Of a stretch of DNA of 64,000 nucleotides, positions 1 to 10,995 are shown piece after piece; positions within the stretch are counted from its first letter, which is position 1, and each line of letters opens with the position of its first letter. Origin of the DNA: Strigamia acuminata (taxonomy: Eukaryota); contig OX442314.1 of the NCBI GenBank assembly GCA_949358305.1, positions 22,630,001 through 22,694,000 on the forward strand, given 5' to 3'. The position numbers and the translations under genes were made by a program. The notes under the pieces were generated by a model. That model had not been told where the DNA came from. It saw nothing but the letters and a program-made list of their open reading frames with translations, and did not search any database.

Positions 1-2516
1 AATCACATCATTGCATCATCAACCACCACAATGGAGAAGCCTAAAAATTATAGATTTACACGACTAGAAAAATAATTAACTTCGTTTCCAAGCAGGTAAA
101 TTGTCAATTAAAAGTTTAAAACCTCATTTACATTTGGCCAAAATTAACAAACAAATCAAATGGTATTTTAAATTAAATTTTCTGTCTTATTTTTAAAACA
201 GATTCAAATATCACGTGATTCAACCATGCAGTCTTCCAACAACACCAGGCTATTTTAGGTCTCTGATAATAATTTCATGTCTTACAAAGCAAGAATCGAT
301 GTAGAAAAGAAGAAAAAAACCTCCAAACAAAATTATACTTAATTATTTAGAATTATTTAATGTAAATATGTCTCATAGTTCCTTCTCTTATGTGATGTAC
401 AAGTCATTGCAAAACATTCACATTACTATTTAAATAAATATGAAATATTTTTACCTCTGGCCTTATTTTTCGTCCGCAGGTTGAATAACATCGACAAAAC
501 TCCCCCTTCTTTATCGATTTTTAAAAAAATTTGTAGCAACAAATGGTGTTATCGAACTTGGGTTTAATTTTTTTTATTGGAATATTTCCAGCATTTCTGT
601 CAATAACAAGTAAGGTAAATAAAGAGCTCGATGTATGTCTCCATAGATTCTCACTTGGCCATTCAATAGCCAATCAAAATGTCAGTTAAATTAAACTTTT
701 CCTTCTGCGCAAGTGCGCAAACATGTGTACGGTGCATCGATGTTTTCAAGTTGGCTGCAATACGTTTTGAATGTAAAAGTGTGGTCGAGAAAAGAAAAGA
801 AAGGCACAGCCAAAAGAATCACATGCTGCAGCTCCCGGATGATTTATAAAAATGAAACTCATGGTTACACATCGCTGGGCGCCAACAGAATTTTTCCACA
901 ACAAGATTGTTTTCTCCCTTTTATTTGATTTTTTTTGGCTTACTCGTCGTCTCATTTTAATGGTTTGTCAACAGGTATAAAGCTGAGCCCCACACGAAAT
1001 ATACGTCAAATTTCTGCATAAAAATGAGCGAGGTAAGATGGAAATAAAGCCTGTGCTATTTGCGCTACTTTTATGTCAGATAGTAAAAACAAAATGGGAG
1101 AATACGAATAATTCTATTGTGCGAATTTGTAACGATACGCATCGTTGCGTGTTATTTATGTTAGAACACGCAATTTGCAGTGCAAAACTGCACATTCTAC
1201 GTACAATGACCACAACGAATAATATAACCTCTAGCCAAGGTCGAGTGGCAAACTCCAAGCTTATTTTGTAAGGTTTAGTCATCAGTTTGCGGTCTGGCTT
1301 TAGCACCGTTAGGAGATGGTCTGACGTCACAATGTGCTTGTAGTAGTAAATTCATGTCGTCGTGCACAGTATTTAACTGTAGAAATGCTTATAAAATTCA
1401 AAAAAATCAAAAATTATCATTTTTTACTTTTCCAAAAATTTCAATTATTAAGAGAAATGGTTAACAGCTCGTAATCTACACTTGCCCCACCAATAATTGA
1501 CCCTTGCTCCTTTGAACAATTTTTCCACACTGAACTCCTATGCTGGACAAAAGAATAAGTTCTCGGAACGAAACCGGACTCGTTCGTAAGTGGAGAACTT
1601 GTTGTTTTATCTGTGACTTCTCGCAACCCCATCTGTCGTCGTCCAACGAAAACTGGCCACCTTTGATGGGATTGTAACAAAGCACAAGAAAACTAAATAA
1701 ATGAGCTCACCGAAAACAAATAATATCAGTCCTCATATCTCATTTCGCTCTCGTTCGTTTATCATGATTTCCCGTTCGCTATTATCCTGATTTATGGTCA
1801 CACTCACACCGCCTCTGTGTTGCCCGCCATCTTTTGCAGGGAATGTCTATTGTTTTTATTATTCAATTTTTATTCATTTTTATTTTTATTCATTTTTATT
1901 AATTCTATAAATGACATTTGGATTTTCATTGCATCATTTGTAACATTTCAGAGGAAAAACAACAAGCCAAAAATACTTGCCGGAAATTAAAAACGAGCCT
2001 CGTTTTGACATTTTAATTCCACCCTTCTTGTCTACATTCTTGATTACATGATCACTGTCTCCAATTCATTTATCGTTTAATGTTTCAATGGTCTTATCTG
2101 GGAGTCTATGACCCAAGATTGAATGGCTCACAAGCGTACAATGCATTATTGGGGATTTATTCTATAAATGGTGAACAGTTGCGGTGAAATTTTGATGGGA
2201 CTAGGTCCTACGTAACATTTACGTAAAATTTAATAAGATCAATAGATCTATCGACATGCCCTCTGTCGGAAATTCAATAAGGGCGTTTCCAGTCATTCAA
2301 TCTTGGGTCCTAAGTCTCATAAAGCTGACACCATCCAATATAGCATCGTGGGCTTTAACAGACAGCAATTTAAGTAATATTAATCTTTCACTGTCATGTA
2401 AGAACCCTTCTGTTATCAATTTGATTGATCTCGCTGCTACGACGCAGTATCAGGTGATTCTTGGATGATTAAATTCTGAGCTTCCTTGAACATTGGATGA
2501 CAAGAACCAGAAACTA

Positions 2517-2947
2517 TACTCTTTCCACACTCAAGAGGAGCCCTGGAATCTTGGCTCCCATTGGCCTAGTCTGATTACTCAGAACTGTAGTTGAACATCT
2601 GCTAAGAGGAAAAGTAGTTCCCTATGATTTTTAGTTTTTTTCAGTATAATAATAATTGAAATGATGTACATTTAATGTTACCCTAGAATAAAAAGTAATT
2701 TCCATTTTAAGAATAGAGTTTTATGTTCTTTTTATTTTAAAATGCATGTCTGTTAAGTTGATTGCTTGCATTGTCAAGAAAGGAAATTGATTGCAACGTC
2801 TGTACTTCTATTTATATCTGTATTCTCTGTATCTGTATAATGCAACTCTGGTATTTTGGGTCTTTTTTTATGTATCACTACACAAGTGAAATAGCTCGGC
2901 CAATGGAAGCCAAGATTCCAGGGCTCCTTTTGAGTGTGGAAAGAGTA
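2517..2947. mobile_element. Non-autonomous Tc1/mariner-type MITE (~430 bp)
   Basis: ~50-bp terminal inverted repeats at 2517-2566 and 2898-2947 (2 mismatches), TA on both flanks, no credible ORF. Confidence 0.8.
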
Positions 2948-3392
2948 TAGACCCAAAAATAAAACCCAAATTTTGTTCAAATGCTGCTTTATACCTACAC
3001 TTTTTATACTGTGTAGCTTCGAATTGTGTCCTGGGTCCATGCCTGTGCCTGCCTAAGTGCCCGGTGTTATCTGCCGTTTGTGCTGGGTTCAATTAGGCGC
3101 TGGGGGGGGGGGGGGGTCACAAATAGGGTTTACAAATTCCCGATATTTTTCAAATTTCCCGGAAAGTCTTGAAAATTTCGAAAAATTTATAAATTTTATT
3201 TTAGGTATTGTTTTGACTTTTGACAGGAATTTAACCTTCCCATAGCCGTGGTGGGTCAGAAAAATAACAAAAGTAGGAAAATAACTGTAACCCTTTTTTT
3301 CCTGAAAATTAATTTAGGAGACCAGCTTTAATTCCTACAAAAATATTTTTTCTAAATTTACAATAACTAAGTTCTAATATTATGTCGATTAG

Positions 3393-4269
3393 TAGGGTTG
3401 TTCGCGAGTGCGATATATCGCACTCGCGATATTTTTTTCCAAAATCGCACTGCGGTTTTTATAAAAAACCGCAACGCGATTAACCGCAAAAACCGCAAAA
3501 CCACATAAAATCGCAAAACCGCACAAAACCGCAAAAAAACGAAAAACCGCATAAAATCGCAAAACCGCACAAAACCGCAAAAAACCGCTTTTATTTGGAC
3601 TGGGGGTTAAATAAAACTGTACATGGGGTCATTGGGGTGGTCAAGGTCGTGGTTATATGACATAGTTGCCATACTGCAATAAACACAACATTCCAACAAA
3701 ATGGGCAAAAATCAATAAAATAGATTAAAAAAAACGGATGAAAACACAAAAAATACAATAAAAACGGACAAAAATCAATTAAAATCGATAAAAAACGGAT
3801 GAAAACAGAAAAAAAAACGATAAAAATGGACAAAAATCAATAAAAATCAATAAAAATCGAGAAAACTGATAAGAACTGATAGAAATAGATAAAAACAGAT
3901 TTAAAAAAAAATAAAAACTAGAACTTTTCTGCACTTTGCAGCTACTTCCGGCGGCTACTTCCGGTTTGGAGGTTTTTTGCGGTTATGCTGTTTGTGCGAT
4001 TCTTTGCGATTTTGAGGTTATTTGCGGTTACGCGGTTTTTTGCAGTTATGCGGTTTTTTGCGGTTACGCGGTTTTTTGCGGTGATGCGGTTTTTGCGGTT
4101 ACGCGGTTTTTTGCGGTGATGCGGTTTTTTGCGGTTACGCGGTTTTTTGCGGTTATGCGGTTTTTTGCGGTTTTTTGCGGTTTTTTCGGTTTTGCGATAT
4201 ACCGCATGCAGTGCGGTTTTTTACAGAAACCGCACCGCACTCGCCCAAAGAAATAACCGCACAACCCTA
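3393..4269. mobile_element. hAT-family MITE (877 bp) with subterminal micro-repeat arms
   Basis: TIR TAGGGTTGT/ACAACCCTA; perfect 8-bp TSD TCGATTAG (3385-3392, 4270-4277); AAAACCGC arrays in opposite orientation at the two ends; A-rich internal repeats. Confidence 0.88.
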
Positions 4270-4609
4270 TCGATTAGGAATAAGTTAAACTAATAATAAG
4301 AATAATATTTATAACATAAAACACCATTATGTGAGCGCCGTACACTGTTTTGCCACTTTTTAGCACTAGGCGATATATTGAAACGATTCTGCGCATGTGC
4401 ACAATCTTAATTTCCCAGGTGCAATCGCATATTTTCTGGTTTGAGCACATTAAAACATGTGCTGAGGCCAGGAAAAATGTGATTGCACCTGGAGAAATAA
4501 GATTCTGCACATGCGCAGAAGCATTTTAAATGCATTTTTAAAATTTTTTTAAATGCATTTTTTTTTTGCAGAAACATTTTATAATAAAGTTTGCACCATC
4601 TGGTGGTGG

Positions 4610-5200
4610 TTTTAAGGGATGGGGTGCTGTAGCAAACTCTGTAAGCATTGGGAGTTCATGGGCGGGACCTTACTTGAACTAATAGCCACCTTTTGGGGTT
4701 TAAAGGCTTTCGTGCAAGATGTTTCGAATTCAATACAACACATCCGCAATTACCGCCATAAACAATTTGGGTAGCCCAGGCTCTCACGAACTGACAGCTG
4801 TAGCTGTCAGTTCGTGGTGATAGCTGAGCATATCCCAGACACTGAGAACTGCCTGGCAGATGCAGCCTCCAGAGGTTCGGTATTCGATTCCGACAACTGA
4901 AAACTTGATAACTCAATTTTTTCTAAAATGAGCTCAAAGTGGGACCCATTTACTTTAGATCTCTTCGCGTCCATCAGCAACTTTCAGATCAAACCCTACT
5001 TCAGCTGGCGACCAGATCCTTTGGCTTTAGCCTTTAATGCACTCATCCAGAACTGGGGGCAGGGATTACCCTATGCTTTCCCTCCTTTTTCTTTGATTTT
5101 TCCTTGCTTACAACGTCTAAAGGATTCTTCTACTCGACAGGACCTAGTTCTGATTACCCCTGTCTGGCCAGGCCAATCTTCATTCCCAATGTTGTGAAAT
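4610..5200 (+). pseudogene. DIRS1-type retrotransposon pol remnant: RNase H C-terminal part plus DNA N6-adenine methyltransferase-like domain
   Basis: Motifs GWGA, LLELIA..GLKAF, AEHIPDTENCLADAASR, then DLFAS...YFSWRPDP...YAFPPFSLI...LITPVWPGQ; interrupted by stops and frameshifts. Confidence 0.82.
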
Positions 5201-5519
5201 TTTTCAACAACCACACCTCTACTTCTTCTGTCTGTTCCTCATTTAACCTTAATTTAATCTGACCATAACTTATTTCTCTAACTATTTTGGAGGGAGGGAA
5301 AAGTATGTAATTTAATCAACATCATATGACTTTTCATTTTGCTTCTTTAGATGTAAACTCAACAGCCCAATTTCATTGTTTCTTTTAAAAAAAAAGCAAA
5401 ACACTTGAGAATATCAGTAAGTATTTAATCTTCAACTGTCCTTCTTGTGTGCCCCCCCCCACCAATGGTTTTAAACAAGTCATTGTAACTAGCTGTCTTC
5501 GGACAGTTTCAAAACAGCC

Positions 5520-6457
5520 AACTTTCAGACAAAGTTATCAAATTGTTGAGGACATCTTGGAAGCGATCCTCATACAACACCTACGAAACATCATGGAAAC
5601 GATGGTGTCCTTGAGCACAGAGACAAAATCTGGACCCTTTTTGCCCCTCTCCAATAACTCTTGCTAATTTCTTGGGTTTTCTTAATTTGTCAGGTTTGGC
5701 CTAGAGCTCTATTAATGATCATCACTCTTCTATCTCTTCAACCCTTTCTATTAACGGTTCAGAACCCCTGGGGTCCCACCCCCTCATCTGTAGAGTAATG
5801 AGGGCCATTAGATTGGCTAATCCACCAAAATCCAGATATTCAGAAATCTGGCATGTAGGACGCATTTTATTATATCTAAGTGGAATTATGTTATCTTTCT
5901 TCCGCTTTTCTTTTAGTTAATCTAAAAACCGTAGGAATTTTGGCTTTATGTTTAGCCAGCAGATCGGTGGACACTTGTCTTCTTTCTTCGGAAATCTCCT
6001 TCTTCCAAACCTCTTGCAGTATTCCAATTCATGCTGCCCACAAATCGGAATCCATAACCCCGTTCTTACTTACAGTAATGCTTTTAACAACAAATCCCTT
6101 TGTCCAGTTTCAGAAGTAAAATTTTATTTAAAATTCACTTCTAATATTAGTAGGGAAAATAAACCTCTCTTCCTGGCTTCTTCTCGGCATTTTGATCCGG
6201 TTATGGCTGTCACCATCTCTAGATGGATAAAAACGAATCTTTCCAGTTCCGACATCGATACTTCTGTATTCAAAGCTCACTCCACTCGAGCCGCATCTAC
6301 TTCCTTTGCCTTTTCGAAAGGAGTCAGTCTTTCCCATATCCTAAAATCGACAGATTGGTCTTCTGCTCGAGTTTTCTTTGACCATTACAATAAGCCCTTT
6401 AATTTACCTTCTATCAAATTCGCTAACACTGTTTTAAGTGGCTACGAAATGCCATAA
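5520..6457 (+). pseudogene. DIRS1-type tyrosine recombinase (integrase) remnant
   Basis: N-terminal SWKRSSYNTYETSWKRW and GSHPLICRVMRAIRLANPPKSRY; C-terminal LCPV..TISRWIK..FKAHSTRAASTS..DWSSARVFFDHYNKP (HxxR and catalytic Y); frameshifted. Confidence 0.87.
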
Positions 6458-6765
6458 ATAAGATCATTTATTTGTTGATGTTATACAATTGCAAATTTTA
6501 CGAAGAAATGACGTAAAATATAAATTGTATGAATAACAAATACAACGCAATCGTGGTAATTCTCGTTGCAATGAAGTCTTTATCTGAATAAAGTATTATT
6601 ATTAAATAATTACGTTGTAGCCAGAGACCGGATGCCTGTATTAGAGCGCGCTTCCTGGCAGAACTTTCTTTAAAAGCACTGTATTATCTTGGACAAGCCA
6701 TAAATAGCATCATTTATTTGTATACAATTTATATTTTATGTCATATCTTCGTAAAATTTGCAATT
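6452..6765 (+). repeat. DIRS 3' end: internal complementary region (ICR) and right terminal repeat
   Basis: 6487-6530 is the reverse complement of 6722-6765 (44 bp, 2 mismatches), directly after the recombinase stop; direct-repeat similarity between 6452-6476 and 6698-6721. Confidence 0.72.
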
Positions 6766-9589
6766 TACTAACATTGAGCCTCATAGGTAAACATGTGAAA
6801 ATTTCAAATTATGGAGCAACATCAGAACTTAACAAATAATGAAAGTAAAATTTGAAAGTCTTCCCAATAATTAGGACTATACTAAAAAAAAAATTCTTTG
6901 CGGAAATTAGTGCATGTAAGTTTTAATTGATTATTTTTTATTGGGTTTTCCCTAGTTAACTGGAAGAAACTCCAATTCACTAACAAACTCCAATTATTTT
7001 GAAGTATTTTTCAATTTATTAAAAAAAAAAACTTGAATTCTCTGGAAAAATTTGCATTTTTCTCGAGAATTGAAAAATCGCCAATTTTCCCCGAGATCTC
7101 GGGAAGAAACCCTAATCACAAATCACCGGTTTTTTTTTTGTAAAACCACCTGGTTCAAACAACCACCTGATTCCAAATAGATGCCCGGGCGTTTATTCAA
7201 AGTTTTAACTTTTTTTTTCATTTCAAAAATAAAATTTGATTTCATCTTTATAGTTGGGATTAAAGTCACGATAGGAATGGTTTCAAGGTGAGCTCTGTTC
7301 CGAAACGTGTAAATCAAGATTAAACCGTCTAGCTGCGAATGATTGAGTGGGTAAGTAATGGTTCTTAATGGAAAATTTTAACGCGCCAAAGAACATATTG
7401 ACATTTAGCGCAGATGCACTTGACTTTACCACAGTAAGAAATCAAAAACTAAAATTGAAAAATTGAAAGAAATAAAAATAAAAAACTTTATGGTCTGTTT
7501 GCTTTTAGAAAAAATCGATACCGCGTACAAATTCAACAATTTAAAATGTTGAGCGGTTATCTGAAGAAAAAATCCTGGTTTTGACAGGTAAAATGGGCCA
7601 AAAAAATGGTTACGTAAGTTCACCCAGCTATCCTACGTCTCCATCCCATTCCCCTAACTCAAAAAAGCCCAAAAGCACCTTACTAAAATGTCATTTTTTC
7701 AAACACTACACTAGAAAGTTACGAGTTTTTCATTCCCGAATCAGCAAATTCAACTCACCGATGAAGTAAATTTCTCGACGATTGGAAAACGTCTCTCGAA
7801 CGCAAACAGAGCTTAGAAACTCCAATTTAATTCGACTCGATTGAGTGCTTTGTTTCTTTAAAAGTCCTCCACTTCATCTGTCATTTCATCATTGTAAGTG
7901 GATTTTCCCATTCGTATATTATTCCTTAAACTCAAGCGTATGTAGCAAAACCTAGTTTTAATTAAGTAAAAACATGTCAGTTAAAAATTCAAATGTTTTG
8001 GTTTATTTTTTTGTTTACTTACCGTCCGCCATTTTTTTTACTAACCACGTTGCACGATCGTGTCTCACGCAGTTTCACCACGTGTTGAAGAGCCTCTCGT
8101 ATAATTTGTAACATATTTTATTTATGGTCTGAACTTATCTTCCTTATCTTATCTCAAAAAAATAAACTGGAGTCGGTAGAAATCGATCGCCTAAAAAATC
8201 GCCATTTTCGCAATATTTTGGTGCATAGTGCGACATCTTGAGGTAATGGGAACAACTATTAAATTAAAAAATATGTACAATTTTGTACAAGTTATTGCTG
8301 CAAAACGTAAAAAACAAATGCAAATAAAGACAAGTTTGAAACAAAAATTTTCACAAAAAATTCTATATATAAAAGATCTCGCTCTGCTCTGCGTAAACAA
8401 AGAGTTCTTATCTGTTGATTCACGGGGTGCTTTGCAGCAACACGAGGCAAAAGTAAACAAAACAATAAAAAGCGTAATTGCACACGGAATTCTCCTATTT
8501 ACCTGGAAACAAAAGACCTAAGATTTAAGCCAGGCACGTTCTTGCACAGTTCCCTTTACGAAATCCTCAACTCGGCAAGTGATTAAGTCATTTCAGGCAG
8601 CTGTAGCTGGCTTATTGGGCGCCCCTGGTAGAAATAAATTTGGAGCTGCAGCACAAGCTCCTTCCACAGCAGATTTTTTTAAATTGACGATAGTCTTAAA
8701 ATGGCAATCAAAGTGCTTGCCATAAAATTTTATGACGATATATTAATTTTTTTGATAAGTTTGTAAACAAAATGTCTATTTCCCGCACAAAACGATTGCT
8801 CCAATCCGCTTAATCGTATCTGGTCGTAAGTTGTAACGCGTGATTAACGTAACGGGTAATAAATCGGTAGCTGTCGGGTCTCGGCTTCTCTGCGATGCGT
8901 TAACTGGCAAAATGGCGGTTCTCGGACGGCAAGTGATGCACCAAAATGATGAACCGAAACGCTCTTAAGCAACCAAACTTTTTGAGGTACTATTACTTCT
9001 TTTACAAGGATAAGCAAGACAATTTCCATTCAAATCAGAGCAATTAACCTCATTAAATTTGGTTCTAATGCAGAAATTACACAAATTTCCTGATTCCAAA
9101 AAAGTGCAAAGCAAATTGTAATAAATTGCTTTTTAAGTTATCTTGCAGCTTTTTAGTTGATGCTTCAAAACCTGAACAACATTCAGCTTTCCCACCCCTT
9201 AATTAGTATCATCTCAGACGTTATTTCCTGGCAACACCCCCGACATAACCATTGGATTGCAGCAATAATAGGCACCAACGGTGCTATAACATCGTGACTG
9301 GAGTTCAAAATTTTGCCCCAGAAAGCTGAAAGCTGAGAGCAAAAGCATGATTTAATTTCCTGTTGTTGCTGAATCACACCATTTATATAGTTTGTGGTTC
9401 TTTCCACAGGACACTAAACGAAAAAAAAGACAGACACATCTACAACCCAGCTAAAACTAGTTTCTCGAAATAAAACAGAATTCTAAACCATAATTAAATT
9501 GAAAGTACCACACGTTTTTTAAACGGTCAATTTTGTCTTGAAATGCATATTTTGCACTTAGCTTTTGTATCTGGCGCTCACTAGATTCG

Positions 9590-10833
9590 GGGATGGACTA
9601 ATCGGCAGCTGTCAATCGTCAGCTGTCAGCTGTCAGCTGGCAGCTGGCAGCTGACGAATCGGATTATGTCGCTAATCCGCAAAAAACGCCGAAACTAATC
9701 GGCAGCTGGCAGCTGTCAATCGTCAGCTGCCGCCGATTTTTGGCTCCGGTTTTCGACCGTCAGCTGCGCCGGTTTTTGGCCGACAGCTGCCGGTAGCTGC
9801 GTCGGTTTTAGACCGGCAGCTGCGCTGGTTTTGACCGGCAGCTGGGCCGGTTTTGGGCCGGCAGCTGCGCCGGTTTTCGATCGTCAGTTGCCGGCGATTT
9901 TCGATCGTCAGCTGCCGCCGATTTTTGACGTACAGCTGACGATTTTTGAATTTGATGGCAGCATTTTCGATCGTGTATTTGACCGGCAGCTGCGCCGGTT
10001 TTAGATCGGCAGCTGCGTCGATTTTCGACTGGCAGTTGCGACGATTTTTGACCGTCAGCTGCTGGTTTTCGACCGTCAGCGCTATGAAATACACATGAAA
10101 TACACGTGAAATACTACAAAATATGAAATGAAATACTACAAATAAATATGAATATGAATATATATGAATATAAATGAATATAAATGAATACAAATGAATA
10201 CAAATATAAATTAATAAATATAAATGAAATAAATACTACAAATGAAATGAAATACTACAAATAAAATGAAATACTGTCGGGCCAAAATCGCCGGCCAAAA
10301 ATCGTCAGCTGTACGTCAAAAATCGCCGGCAGCTGACGATCGAAAACCGGCGCAGCTGCCGGCCCAAAACCGGCCCAGCTGCCGGTCAAAACCAGCGCAG
10401 CTGCCGACCAAAAATCGCCAGCTGTCCGCCAAAAATCAATCGCCGGCAGCTGCCGGCCCAAAACCAGCCCAGCTGCCGGTCAAAACCAGCGCAGCTGCCG
10501 ACCAAAATTCGTCAGCTGTACGTCAAAAATCGGCGGCAGCTGACGATCGAAAATCGCCGGCAACTGACGATCAAAAACCGGCGCAGCTGCCGGCCCAAAA
10601 CCGGCCCAGCTGCCGGTCAAAACCAGCGCAGCTGCCGGTCTAAAACCGACGCAGCTACCGGCAGCTGTCGGCCAAAAACCGGCGCAGCTGACGGTCGAAA
10701 ATCGGAGCCAAAAATCGGCGGCAGCTGACGATTGACAGCTGCCAGCTGCCGATTAGTTTCGGCGTTTTTTACGGATTAGCGACATAATCCGATTCGTCAG
10801 CTGACGATTGACAGCTGCCGATTAGTCCATCCC
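9590..10833. mobile_element. Foldback/MULE-like non-autonomous element (1244 bp) with ~490-550 bp modular inverted arms
   Basis: Ends GGGATGGACTAATCGGCAGC...GCTGCCGATTAGTCCATCCC; perfect 9-bp TSD CTAGATTCG (9581-9589, 10834-10842); arms built of CAGCTG-containing ~20-bp units; AT-rich ATGAAATAC/ATGAATAT spacer at ~10081-10275. Confidence 0.9.
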
Positions 10834-10842
10834 CTAGATTCG

Positions 10843-10856
10843 TCACTAGATGGCGG
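10843..10856 (+). promoter_or_regulatory. CTCF-like motif TCACTAGATGGCGG in the POLR1A proximal promoter
   Basis: Resembles CCACYAGRKGGCR; ~140 bp upstream of the ATG and immediately next to the foldback TSD. Confidence 0.35.
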
Positions 10857-10995
10857 TAATACATAGCAAGAAATTAATCGATTGTAGTTGCCTGGATGTG
10901 CGCTAACTCCATTACTCTTGTCCTCCTGCCTCCGCATGCTTCATTTTGACGCATTTGATAGTCGTATTTGAACTTGTCTAAAAACAACTTGAACA

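Larger units (their letters stand above)
3124..7114. mobile_element. hAT-like non-autonomous element (outer shell, ~4 kb) containing nested insertions
   Basis: Ends TAGGGTTT...AAACCCTA, subterminal TTCCCG motifs at both ends, 8-bp flanks gtcacaaa (3116-3123) and atcacaaa (7115-7122) matching 7/8. Confidence 0.6.

Noticed and set aside
1476..1832. Possible minus-strand gene start MAGNTEAV spliced to ORF 1476-1685
   Set aside because: No recognisable protein similarity and no supported downstream exon.
2100..2320. ~16-20 bp inverted repeat (GACCCAAGATTGAATG)
   Set aside because: Termini and TSD cannot be defined; probably an old MITE fragment.
3367..4264. ORFs rich in FAV/CGF/KNR
   Set aside because: Products of the MITE subterminal repeats.
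9723..10643. ORFs 9723-10193 and 10266-10643 (KPAQLP repeats)
   Set aside because: Read-through of the foldback arm repeats; mirror images on the two strands.
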